Positions 1 to 8,751 of a DNA stretch of 55,043 bases are shown in pieces; position 1 is the first letter of the stretch, and each line of letters starts with the position of its first letter. Made by a program: the position numbers and the translations under genes. A model generated the notes under the pieces. It saw only the letters and a list, made by a program, of their open reading frames with translations, made no database searches and had not been told where the DNA came from. The stretch spans positions 1 to 55,043 of the forward strand of contig BTUM01000053.1 in the NCBI GenBank assembly GCA_045863235.1. The letters run 5' to 3'. The DNA is from Candidatus Xenobia bacterium (GTDB taxonomy: Bacteria; Vulcanimicrobiota; Xenobia; Xenobiales; QWHO01).

Positions 1-182
1 GGGCGGGCAGGGAGGCCTCGGCCTCCGGCCAGGCTCCTCCCTCCGGGGCGGGCAGCGAGGCCTCGGCCTCTGGCCAGGCTCCTCCCTCCGGGGCGGGCAG
101 GGAGGCCTCGGCCTCCGGCCAGGCTCCTCCCTCCGGGGCGGGCAGGGAGGACTCGGCCACCTCCGGCCAGGCGCCCACCTCG
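1..182. repeat. 45-bp tandem repeat (3 near-perfect copies plus 1 degenerate) encoding PEGGAWPEAEASLPA on the minus strand
   Basis: Unit gggcgggcagggaggcctcggcctccggccaggctcctccctccg at 1-45, 46-90 and 91-135; degenerate copy from 136; in frame with the helicase-like CDS. Confidence 0.9.
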
Positions 183-3100
183 GGCGCGGGCAGCGGTGCC
201 TCGACGGCCGGCTCGGGCACGGGCGCCTCGACTTCGGGAGCGCTCGGAGCCGGCTCGGCTTTGCCTGGACGCTTGTCCAGAAAACCCCGTTTGGATCCCC
301 CACCGGAGCTCCGCTCCACCAGCCCGCGTTTGCCTTCCACGGGTGCCGCCTCGGGATTGCGCTCCACCAACCCCCGCTTGCCCTCCACGGCGGGAGCGGG
401 CGCCTGGCCCTTGGTGCCGGCTCGCTGAACCAGGCCGGCTCGCAGGGAAGGATCGGCTCCCTCGGGCCCGGAGCTGGGGGTGCCCGGCTTGGGGGTCAGT
501 CCAGCGGTCGGCTCTTTCTCGCTGGAAGCTTCCCCCTTTGGCTCGGGAGCAGCCGAGACCAGATGCGGGCGCGGTGGCGGCGGGGAAGCCACCAGTTGCT
601 TCACGCGCTCGAGGCAGGCCGTGCCTTCGCTCTCGAGGATTTCATCGAAATAGCCCGCCACCTCCACCAGGGCCAGGGTGCCGGGCTCTCCACCGGGTTC
701 CACGCGAACCCCCTGGATGGCCAGCAACCGCGCTCCCAGCTCGCGCCAGGCGAGCGGGAAGGCATTGGCGTCCCAGGTGAGCGGCTCGACCGGATCGTGC
801 AGGGTCGGCCAGCCGTCCAGGAGCTTGCCGGTCGACTCGCGCAGTCGAGCCTCGAGGGCCTGGCCGGCCAGGGGGTCCAGGGTCTCGAGCTGCAACTGCC
901 CGATCAGCCTTGAGACAAAGGGGGCCGGGTCGCGCCAGTATTCGCGGCCGGACAGTCCCAGTACGCGCCAGCCGGCCTGCTCCAGCCAGCCCTCTCGGGC
1001 CAGGTCCTCGCTCGTGTAGGTCTCGGCCTCATCGCTGTAACAGAAGAGCAGAGCCGCGCCCGAGCGTCCTTCCACCCGCAGCCCGAAGGGATCGTAACGG
1101 CGCACCCGGTAGCCGGCCCTGGTCAGATCACGCGCCAGGCTGCCCCGGAAGGTGTCGGGGAACTCATCCGGGGGGGCCGGTTTGGAAACTGCCTCGAGCA
1201 ACTTCCGTCGCAGGTCGCCCGGCACCAGGTCGCGGGCAGCGTCCAGCGCGTGCACCACGAAGACCTGCATGCGGGCCCGGGTCAGAGCGACTTTGAGCTG
1301 AGCCAGGTATTGCGGATTGTTGCGCAACGGCAGGGGACCGGAGGTTGAGCCGCGCTCAGCCAGGCAGACCAGCACCACGTCGAAACGTCGCCCCTGGGCC
1401 TGGCTCGGATCGAGCGCCGTGAAAAGCCCCTGCTCGCTTTCGTCCAGCTCTTCCTCGACGGCCTGGGCGATCCGGCGGGCCGAGGCCTGGCCGCCCAGGG
1501 TGACCACGGCCACCGTCAGGCCCACGTACTCTTCCTGGCGCAGCAGCGTTACCGCCAGCGCGGCGGCTTCCTGCTCCTGGCGATCGGCCTTTACGGGATA
1601 GCTCTTGAGCGGTTCCAGGGGATTGAAGGCCAGTCCGGGGCGACTTGGATACTCCCCTCCCAGGCGCTGGAGCAATTCGGCCACGTCGGTGGGCAGGCCC
1701 ACACCCCCGCTCAGCCGGGCTCGCTCTCGACCCAGCTCGAGCAGCGAGTGCCAGCCGTCGAAGCGCTCATCTGGCCCTCCTCGGACCGGTCCGGCGGGTG
1801 GAGGCGGACCGAGTTGCTCGGGATCACCCAGCAGCACAACCTGCTGGCCGCGGGCCAGAATGCCCAGGGCGGGCAGCGGGCAGCGGTGGGCGTGATCGAC
1901 CAGGACCAGGTCGTAGGACTCCTGGCTGGCCAGGGCCACTTCCAGTGGACAGAGGGTCAGGCCCTGGGAAGGCGTGGGGACGCCTTCGGAGAGCTGGCTG
2001 CGAATGCCCCGAATGCCCTCGGCCAGATCGTCCAGCGAGGCATCAGCCGCCGATTCCAGGAGGTACAGGCTCTGGAGGTAGTTCCAGGCCGGCTCGGCCG
2101 GGCCGGGTGGAGCGTTCTTGTCGTGGGGGCTCCGATGCTCCTTGATGGCGCTGGCCCATTCCGGGGCCACCGCATCCAGCCGCGCCAGGAGCTCGGTGCG
2201 GCGCTCATTGTAAATGGTGAAGCGCTTGATCTTGACCAGTCGGGCCAGGGCCTCGCGATAGCCCTCGATGTCTCTCGCCACCACGGAGGAACGCAAGGTC
2301 GAGCGCAGATCGCGCTGCTTGTCCGAGCCGCCGACCCCCAGTCCGACCTTACCGGTGGCCGGCACCCAGTCCAGGTGCTGCTCTTCTTTGTGGCGCAGCT
2401 CGGCCAGTTCGACAAAGTGCTGCCGCCGCCCGATCAGGGGGATCAGCATCTCGGTCAGGCCCACCCGGAACAGGCCCAACTCGCCGCCGGGAGGCAATTT
2501 GCTGCGAGTGGAATGGCTCATGGCCTTTTCCCAGCGCAATCCTACCACCCCGGCACGCTTCTGGAACTCGGCGAAGAAGTCGGGGAAGTCGCGCACGGCC
2601 TGCCGCACGGCCGGGGCCGGGTCTTCCTTGCCCACAGAGCCCTTCAGGCCCAGGCGAGCCATCAGCTTCTGGGTCTCTTCGAGGGCCTGATTGAGCAAAA
2701 GGTCGGATTTGAGCCGGGCCGCCAGCCAGCCGAAATCCTCGGCGGTGCTGGGCTTGGTGCCGTTCACCCGGGCATGCTCGAGAAAGCGCTTCCAACGGGG
2801 CTTGAAGGCCACCCAGCCGACGTTACCCTTGGTGGACACATGAGCCAGAAGCTCCTGGCAGACGGCCAGTTGCTCGTCCAGTGGACCGGCCGGCAGCTCG
2901 AACCGGGGGGCTTTGATCCGTTGGAGCAGAGGGGTGCGCTCGCGCTCCAGGCGGTCGAGCTTGACCGACAGCTCGCCCCAGGCCTGGCCATCCTCGCCGC
3001 CCTTCTTGGCGGCCCAGGCGGCCATCAGCCACCACTCGGGAGCCTGGGCCAGCATCTCCTGCAGAGGGCCGGTCACCGCCAGCAGCGCATCCAGGGCTTC

Positions 3101-3835
3101 GGGCGCGTGGTTGGTGTTGGCCCAGAAAAGCTGGTCCTCGTAGTTGCGGAAGAACTCGTCCAGCTCCTTGAGGCGGGTCAGCTCGTTGACTGACAGCAAC
3201 TTGGACGGGTCGGGCAAAGAGCCGTGCAGCTTGGAGTCACCCTCCTCCTCCAGGTCGGACAGGCTGTAAAGCTCGGCCACTTCCTGCTCGCTCAAGGGCA
3301 TCGGAATGCCCCGGTGGATTGCTCCGGGAATCCAGTCGTGGAGGCCTTTCCCCTGGCTCAGGCGGCGCTGGGCCAGGGCCAGGTTGCACTCTTTCTTGAT
3401 GCGCTCGAACTGCAGCTGCTCCAGCCGGTCGAGCCGCTTGATCAGGTCGGCTGAGCCGGGCGGCGGACCCTTGGGGAAGACGTGTCCCAGGTCGGACAGG
3501 GCTCCCGGGCATGGAGAGGTCACCAGCACCCGCTTGCCCTGCGAGAGGGCGACTCCCACCAGGCGGCTGATCAGCCAGCTCTTGCCCGAGCCCCCCGGAC
3601 CCTCGATGAAACAGAGCGGCTGGCTCTCGACCTGGCGGGCCGCCTGCCACTGGTCCGGGCTCAAGGACAGGCGCAGCCAGGGGTCGGGGAGCCCGGCCGT
3701 CCTGGAGGGCGCGTCAAAGAGCCATCCCAGCAGGCTTGGATTGGCTTGCAGGGCGGAGGTGCTCCAGGAGCCGGGCCACAGGGATTCGGTCCGGGTCAGG
3801 AGTTCGAGCAGGCTCTTCTGGGTCTCTTGAGTCAA
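1..3835 (-). CDS. Large SF1 (Upf1/DNA2-like) helicase-like protein with a degenerate Vsr/DUF559-like domain and Pro/Glu-rich repetitive tail; runs off the window's left edge
   Basis: Manual translation of a minus-strand frame that is absent from the ORF track because it has no stop in the window. Motifs: Walker A FIEGPGGSGKS (~3580-3610), YDLVLVDHAHR (~1885-1915), LLGDPEQL, QGRRFDVV, KVALTRAR, then LEQAGWRVLGLSGREYWRDP. Start uncertain (TTG 3835 or GTG 3937). Confidence 0.75.
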   Translation of the reverse strand, partial: MTQETQKSLLELLTRTESLWPGSWSTSALQANPSLLGWLFDAPSRTAGLPDPWLRLSLSPDQWQAARQVESQPLCFIEGPGGSGKSWLISRLVGVALSQGKRVLVTSPCPGALSDLGHVFPKGPPPGSADLIKRLDRLEQLQFERIKKECNLALAQRRLSQGKGLHDWIPGAIHRGIPMPLSEQEVAELYSLSDLEEEGDSKLHGSLPDPSKLLSVNELTRLKELDEFFRNYEDQLFWANTNHAPEALDALLAVTGPLQEMLAQAPEWWLMAAWAAKKGGEDGQAWGELSVKLDRLERERTPLLQRIKAPRFELPAGPLDEQLAVCQELLAHVSTKGNVGWVAFKPRWKRFLEHARVNGTKPSTAEDFGWLAARLKSDLLLNQALEETQKLMARLGLKGSVGKEDPAPAVRQAVRDFPDFFAEFQKRAGVVGLRWEKAMSHSTRSKLPPGGELGLFRVGLTEMLIPLIGRRQHFVELAELRHKEEQHLDWVPATGKVGLGVGGSDKQRDLRSTLRSSVVARDIEGYREALARLVKIKRFTIYNERRTELLARLDAVAPEWASAIKEHRSPHDKNAPPGPAEPAWNYLQSLYLLESAADASLDDLAEGIRGIRSQLSEGVPTPSQGLTLCPLEVALASQESYDLVLVDHAHRCPLPALGILARGQQVVLLGDPEQLGPPPPAGPVRGGPDERFDGWHSLLELGRERARLSGGVGLPTDVAELLQRLGGEYPSRPGLAFNPLEPLKSYPVKADRQEQEAAALAVTLLRQEEYVGLTVAVVTLGGQASARRIAQAVEEELDESEQGLFTALDPSQAQGRRFDVVLVCLAERGSTSGPLPLRNNPQYLAQLKVALTRARMQVFVVHALDAARDLVPGDLRRKLLEAVSKPAPPDEFPDTFRGSLARDLTRAGYRVRRYDPFGLRVEGRSGAALLFCYSDEAETYTSEDLAREGWLEQAGWRVLGLSGREYWRDPAPFVSRLIGQLQLETLDPLAGQALEARLRESTGKLLDGWPTLHDPVEPLTWDANAFPLAWRELGARLLAIQGVRVEPGGEPGTLALVEVAGYFDEILESEGTACLERVKQLVASPPPPRPHLVSAAPEPKGEASSEKEPTAGLTPKPGTPSSGPEGADPSLRAGLVQRAGTKGQAPAPAVEGKRGLVERNPEAAPVEGKRGLVERSSGGGSKRGFLDKRPGKAEPAPSAPEVEAPVPEPAVEAPLPAPEVGAWPEVAESSLPAPEGGAWPEAEASLPAPEGGAWPEAEASLPAPEGGAWPEAEASLPA

Positions 3836-3997
3836 GAATACGAGGTTCTGCCGCGAGGCCTGCCCGTCCTCTCGGAGAGCCAGACGGTCTGGCCGGAGAC
3901 CGAAGCTCGCCGCTGCGCGATTCAGCGAACATTTCACGATGATATGTTCACAGACGGTTTACCAACGACGGCTCGGATGGAATCTATACTGCCCCCG

Positions 3998-4657
3998 ATG
4001 CAGATCCATCCGACCTGGGCCGCCAGCACCTGGAAGAACGGCGTCGTTCATCATGACGAGGCCGACGATGTCTACGAGCTTCCCAGCGCCACGCCCGGAG
4101 TGGCCGCCCGCCTGGAGGTCAAACCCAGGCTGTGGGGGCTGCTGGGCTCCAGGGTGGAGGCGGTGGACTGCCAGGGAACGCCTCTGGATGCCTACAAGTC
4201 GTGCTCCGGAGAGCTGGTGGCCCGAGACCCCCGCACGGGCCTGGAGACGACCCTGGACCCGTCCTCCCAGAGCATCGCCGTGGCCACTCCGGTGGTCAAG
4301 CAGGAGACCAACTCCTCGCAGTACCTCTATCGCGAGGAGTATCATGCGGATTGTCGCCAGGAGGTCGACCGCGAGGGCAACATGCGTTTCGTGATCGGCC
4401 TGCACGGGCAGCGCGAGATCAATTTGCCCCCGATGAAATCAGGGGCTCCTCCGGTCACCCTGCTCGACGACAAGAGCTGGAGCCAGGTTGAACTCCAGAG
4501 GGGCTCTGAGCCATTGGCCTACGAGCTTTCCGAGGACAAGCAGGGCAACCAGACCCGCGGCCCGGCCTTGCAGGCTTCGGTCGGCTCCGAAGGACGCTTG
4601 ACCCTGGTGGGGGAGGACGGCGCCACCGTCAGCTACGAGATGTTCATCCGGGCTTGA
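3998..4657 (+). CDS. Hypothetical protein
   Basis: 3' part of ORF 3482..4657 with GC3-biased codons. ATG 3998 lies 7 nt after a TATACT box; alternative starts at 3944 and 3977. Confidence 0.6.
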   Translation: MQIHPTWAASTWKNGVVHHDEADDVYELPSATPGVAARLEVKPRLWGLLGSRVEAVDCQGTPLDAYKSCSGELVARDPRTGLETTLDPSSQSIAVATPVVKQETNSSQYLYREEYHADCRQEVDREGNMRFVIGLHGQREINLPPMKSGAPPVTLLDDKSWSQVELQRGSEPLAYELSEDKQGNQTRGPALQASVGSEGRLTLVGEDGATVSYEMFIRA

Positions 4658-4709
4658 GCCGAAGGCTCCTGGAGGCTTGCGCCGGCCAGGCCCCGAAACA
4701 AGGCGCTTC

Positions 4710-5972
4710 ATGCGAGGGATGCTGGTCGCTGTGCTGCTCTGGTGCCTCGTGGCCGCAGGGCAGGCCCAGCCGGCCCGGGTCACTTTCCGCACCATCCCCA
4801 CGGGGGCGCAGGTGAACGACCAGTACGGCCCCCTCGGCGTCAGCGGGCAGCCGCTGGTGTTGCGCCCGGCGGATCAGTATGCGGGCGGCATCTACCTGAC
4901 CTTCAAGAGCCCCGGCTATCACGACCTGAAACAGACTCTGACCTTCGCCATGGTGGCCCGCTCGGACGAGACCTACCCGCCTCCGGGCGAGGCCCCCCTC
5001 TCCCTCAAGCCCGCCTCGCCGGCCGCCTTCGCGAGCTACTACCGGGCTCCGCTCGGACTGTTGCTGGGGGGCGTGGCGGTAGCAGGGGCCTGGCTCACCC
5101 GCCTGCGCCGTCGCGAGCAACGCGTGAAAAAACTGACGGAGGTGCTCGACCAGGATGCCACCGCTTCGATGGTGGAGGCTATCCCGGGACGGCTGGGCGA
5201 CTACCAGCTGTTGGACAAGCTCGGTGGCGGCGGGATGGCCACCGTCTACCGGGCCCTCAAGGGTGACGAGCAGGTCGCCATCAAGGTGCTGCGCCACGAG
5301 GCCCACCAGGACACTGATTTTCAGGCTCGCTTTCGCCGTGAGGCCGACCTCTATCGCCAGTTGCACCATCCTCACGTGGTCATGATGCTCGACTACGGCC
5401 AGCAGCGAGATCTCTATTACCTGGTGCTCGAGCTGATGGAGGGGGGCACCCTGACGCAGAAGATTCCCCCTCAGGGGATGCCTCCCGAGGAGGCGGCCCG
5501 TATCCTCGAGCCGCTGGGCCAGGCGGTGCAGGCCGCCCACGATCAGGGCGTGGTCCATCGCGATCTCAAGCCTGACAACGTCATGCTGACCGCCCGGGGG
5601 GTGCTCAAAGTGACTGATTTCGGGCTGGGGCGCTCGCTTACGTCCACCCACCTGACGGCCACCGGCACGGCCCTGGGCACCCCCGCCTACATGGCTCCCG
5701 AGCAGGTCTGCGGCGTGCTCTTCGAGCCAGCCACCGACCAGTACGCGCTGGGCATCATCGCTTTCGAGCTGTTGACCGGAAAGCGTCCCTTCGAGGCAGT
5801 CGATCCGATCCAGGCCTGCTTCATGCACGTCAGCGAGCCAGCCCCCGCCCCGGGCGTCTCGCCCGAGGTGGATGCGGTGATCTTGCGCATGCTGGCCAAG
5901 AAGCCCGAGGAGCGCTATGCCACAGTGGCCGACGCCATGCACGAGCTCTTGGCAGCCCTGAAGCGTGTCTGA
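4710..5972 (+). CDS. Membrane-anchored Hanks-type Ser/Thr protein kinase with N-terminal signal and PEGA-like extracellular domain
   Basis: Signal-like N-terminus, RTIPTGAQV (PEGA-like), TM helix, then LGGGGMATVY, VAIK, HRDLKPDN, DFG, GTPAYMAPE. Confidence 0.9.
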   Translation: MRGMLVAVLLWCLVAAGQAQPARVTFRTIPTGAQVNDQYGPLGVSGQPLVLRPADQYAGGIYLTFKSPGYHDLKQTLTFAMVARSDETYPPPGEAPLSLKPASPAAFASYYRAPLGLLLGGVAVAGAWLTRLRRREQRVKKLTEVLDQDATASMVEAIPGRLGDYQLLDKLGGGGMATVYRALKGDEQVAIKVLRHEAHQDTDFQARFRREADLYRQLHHPHVVMMLDYGQQRDLYYLVLELMEGGTLTQKIPPQGMPPEEAARILEPLGQAVQAAHDQGVVHRDLKPDNVMLTARGVLKVTDFGLGRSLTSTHLTATGTALGTPAYMAPEQVCGVLFEPATDQYALGIIAFELLTGKRPFEAVDPIQACFMHVSEPAPAPGVSPEVDAVILRMLAKKPEERYATVADAMHELLAALKRV

Positions 5973-7482
5973 GCCGTTCGACTGGGCTCTGGACCAGCTG
6001 CGCAGCCGTTTTCCCACTGCCCAGACGCTGCTGGTGTTGATCGGCCAGGAGAAGCTCGAGGTGCAGGCTGCCCACGGGGTGGATCCCCGTCAGGTCTTCA
6101 CCACCGCGCCCCTCAGCCTGTCCCTGCTCGAGAAGGTGCGCACCACGGGCGAGCCGCTCTTGACTTCGGACGTGCGTCGCGAAAAAGAGCTCCAGGACAC
6201 CTCCAGCCTGGCCCTGTCGGGCATCCGGGCGGTCTGCTGCGTTCCCCTGCGCGACTCTGAGCGCAAGGTACAGGGGCTGCTCTACGCCGACCAGCGCATG
6301 GCGCCCCGCACCTTCGACCGCACCGATCTCTTCAAGATGGTGCAGCTGGCCCGCGAGCTCGAGCGCAGGTTGGGCTGGAGCGCGCCCACCCGGCCCGCGC
6401 CGGTGGCCCGGCCTCTCCCTGCCCTGGTCGGGCCGCCCCGGATGCTGGCCGGGCGCGGGCGGGTGATCTTTCTGCGCAGCCTGGCCACCATGCTGGGGGT
6501 AGGCATCCCCCTGGCCCGGGCTCTGGCGATGCTGGCCGAGCAGCGCGAGGGCAACCAGCTCAGCCAGGCCAGCCTGACGGTGCTGCGCGAGGTGGAGCAG
6601 GGCCGACCCCTCTCAGAGGGCATGAAGGCCTGCGGAACGGGCTGCTTCACGCCCTTTCAGCTGCAGCTGGTGCGGGTGGGCGAAAAGAGCGGCTCGCTGC
6701 TGGCCGTGCTCGACGAACTGGCCAAGCATGAAGAGCAATCGCGGGCCCTGACCCTGAAGGTGCGCTCGGCCCTGACCTATCCCCTGGTGATGTTCGTGGT
6801 GTGCACGCTGCTCTTACTGATCGTGCCGCCTTTGATGGTGCAGGGTCCCCTGCGCGCCCTGACCGAGATGGGCGGCGACACCCCGCTGTTGACCCGGGTG
6901 GTGATGGGCGTCACCGGCTTCATGGTCACCCCGCTCGGAATGCTCTTGCTGCTGCTGGGCCTCGGAGCTTCGCTATTCTCGCTCTGGCAGGCGTTGCGCC
7001 GGCCCGAGAGCCGCCTCTGGTTGCACCGCCGCCTGCTGGGTCTGGGCCCGGTGGGACACGGCTTGCGAATGCTGGCTCTGGCCCGTTTTTCGCGCAGCCT
7101 GGCGGTGATGGTGCGCACCGGGGTGCAGCTTTTGCACGCGCTGCCGCTGGCACTGGCCACCACCGCCGACCCGGTGCTGCTCGAGCAGACCTCTCAGACC
7201 ATGCGAGCCATGCAGGATGGGGCCGACCTCTCCGAAGCGCTGGCACTGGGAGGCTACTTCCCCCGCGGCTTCGTCTCGGTGCTGCGCTCGGCCGAGGAGA
7301 CCGGGCGCCTGGAGCGCACCCTGCACTGGGTAGCCGGAATTTACGAGCTGGAGCTGGAATCTTCGCTGGAGATGGCCTGCGCGATGATCGAGCCGATCCT
7401 GATGCTGGGCATGGGCATTACGGCCGGGGTGATCGCTCTGGCCGTCATGCTCCCCCTGGTGAAGCTGGTTCAGGCCCTGTGA
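5965..7482 (+). CDS. GAF domain fused to a type IV pilus/T2SS platform protein (PilC/GspF family)
   Basis: N-terminal GAF-like segment (SLALSGIRAVCCVPL...GLLYAD); two T2SSF repeats (FLRSLATMLGVGIPL...VGEKSGSL; RFSRSLAVMVRTGVQL...AEETGRL...IEP). Confidence 0.85.
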   Translation: MSEPFDWALDQLRSRFPTAQTLLVLIGQEKLEVQAAHGVDPRQVFTTAPLSLSLLEKVRTTGEPLLTSDVRREKELQDTSSLALSGIRAVCCVPLRDSERKVQGLLYADQRMAPRTFDRTDLFKMVQLARELERRLGWSAPTRPAPVARPLPALVGPPRMLAGRGRVIFLRSLATMLGVGIPLARALAMLAEQREGNQLSQASLTVLREVEQGRPLSEGMKACGTGCFTPFQLQLVRVGEKSGSLLAVLDELAKHEEQSRALTLKVRSALTYPLVMFVVCTLLLLIVPPLMVQGPLRALTEMGGDTPLLTRVVMGVTGFMVTPLGMLLLLLGLGASLFSLWQALRRPESRLWLHRRLLGLGPVGHGLRMLALARFSRSLAVMVRTGVQLLHALPLALATTADPVLLEQTSQTMRAMQDGADLSEALALGGYFPRGFVSVLRSAEETGRLERTLHWVAGIYELELESSLEMACAMIEPILMLGMGITAGVIALAVMLPLVKLVQAL

Positions 7483-7865
7483 GGCGCGGCCTGTCGCTGA
7501 CCGAGATGGTGCTGAGCATCGCGCTCATGCTGCTGGTGATCCTGTTCGTCTTCGAGCTCTACCCCATGGCCATGAGCTCGGTGCGGGCCTCGGGCCAGCG
7601 CCTGCAGGCCAACGAGCTGGCCGACACGGTGCTGGCCGACTGGATGCAGCGCGATTTCGACCTGCTGGTGGTCGGTCCGGCCCCCGCCATGGCGCCGGTC
7701 AACGGCAAAGGGACGGTGTTCCAGCCTGCGGTGGAGATTCTCCCGGTCAGCGAGCCGGGGGTCGATCCCACCATGATGCGAGCCATCCGGGTGCGGGTGA
7801 CCTGGCGCGATCGAGTCCAGCGGGAGATCGTGCGCACCCAGTGGAGGACTCGTGTCAAACGGTGA
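7479..7865 (+). CDS. Type IV prepilin-like protein (minor pilin)
   Basis: GTG start overlapping the upstream stop; class III signal RRG|LSLTEMVLSIALMLLVIL with Glu at +5. Confidence 0.8.
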   Translation: MRRGLSLTEMVLSIALMLLVILFVFELYPMAMSSVRASGQRLQANELADTVLADWMQRDFDLLVVGPAPAMAPVNGKGTVFQPAVEILPVSEPGVDPTMMRAIRVRVTWRDRVQREIVRTQWRTRVKR

Positions 7866-8499
7866 GGCGCCGCGCGTCGCAAAGAGGCGTGGCGCCGTTC
7901 AGCAGAGGGCTCACAGCCTGCTTGAGATCATGCTGGTGGCCACGCTGATGCTGGTGCTGCTGACGCTGATCGTCCAGGTGCTGGTGCCCATGTCCAAAGG
8001 CAGCGTGCGCGCCTCCGAGCAGGTGGGCCTGCAGCAGCTGGCGGCGGTGGCCATGGACCGGCTGGTGAGCGAGCTCCAGTCGGCCCCCCGCGAGGCCATC
8101 GCGGTGCTGGCACCGGCCGCCCCCACCGACCCGCCTGTGCGCCTGGCCATCCATCCCCTGGGCGGGGTGGGTCCGACCGGGCAGCAATCTTATCCCAACC
8201 AGTTTGTGCTCTACTGGTTCGACGCGGCGGCTCGCCGCCTGTGGCGCGCTCCCTGGCAGGCAGACTTTGGCTTCGAAGGGGCCACCCTGGTGCCCAGCAA
8301 CGCCCAGTTCAACTCCGCCATCGCAACCCCGCCCGCGGGGACCAGGGTTGCGGCGGCTCACGTCAACGAGTTCGAGGTCACCCTGGAGCCGCTGCGGGTG
8401 CAGATTCGGCTGGCTCTGGAGCATCCGGCCCCCGATGGGCGGCCGCCCGAAACTTTCGAGCTCAGGCGCGACGTTCTGCTGCCGAATTCGCTCTACTAG
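7852..8499 (+). CDS. Type IV prepilin-like protein (PilW/PulJ-like minor pilin)
   Basis: QRA|HSLLEIMLVATLMLVLL with Glu at +5 followed by a hydrophobic helix; start uncertain. Confidence 0.7.
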   Translation: MSNGEAPRVAKRRGAVQQRAHSLLEIMLVATLMLVLLTLIVQVLVPMSKGSVRASEQVGLQQLAAVAMDRLVSELQSAPREAIAVLAPAAPTDPPVRLAIHPLGGVGPTGQQSYPNQFVLYWFDAAARRLWRAPWQADFGFEGATLVPSNAQFNSAIATPPAGTRVAAAHVNEFEVTLEPLRVQIRLALEHPAPDGRPPETFELRRDVLLPNSLY

Positions 8500-8502
8500 A
8501 CT

Positions 8503-8688
8503 CTAGGCGGCTGGCGGTCGCTTCTCCAGGCGGTCCAACCTTGAGCGCAGCTCAGCGGTCTCTTCACCAAGTTCGCCCAGGACTCCGAAGACTTCGAGCA
8601 TCTGGCTACGCAGTGTGACCTGCTGCTCGAGCAGCGCCATCTGGACCTGCTCGAAAGCCCGGGCTATGGTCTCGCGCTGCGTGCTCAT
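8503..8688 (-). CDS. Small coiled-coil hypothetical protein
   Basis: 61-aa ORF with heptad pattern (LRSRLDRLEK), downstream of the PilX-like gene. Confidence 0.45.
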   Translation of the reverse strand: MSTQRETIARAFEQVQMALLEQQVTLRSQMLEVFGVLGELGEETAELRSRLDRLEKRPPAA

Positions 8689-8751
8689 GACCTGGTCACG
8701 ATGCCGGAAGCCTCGCTCCTCAATTCTCTCTGCGCAGTGCCTCCCAGGGCC

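Noticed and set aside
1..182. 45-bp repeats as a CRISPR array
   Set aside because: Contiguous tandem units with no unique spacers; in-frame coding repeat; no cas genes.
196..3830. Many long + strand ORFs in the track (e.g. 1748..3193)
   Set aside because: Antisense shadows of the minus-strand helicase-like CDS; no recognisable motifs. The same applies to the long antisense ORFs over pilT/serS, pilB, sppA and the CoA ligase.
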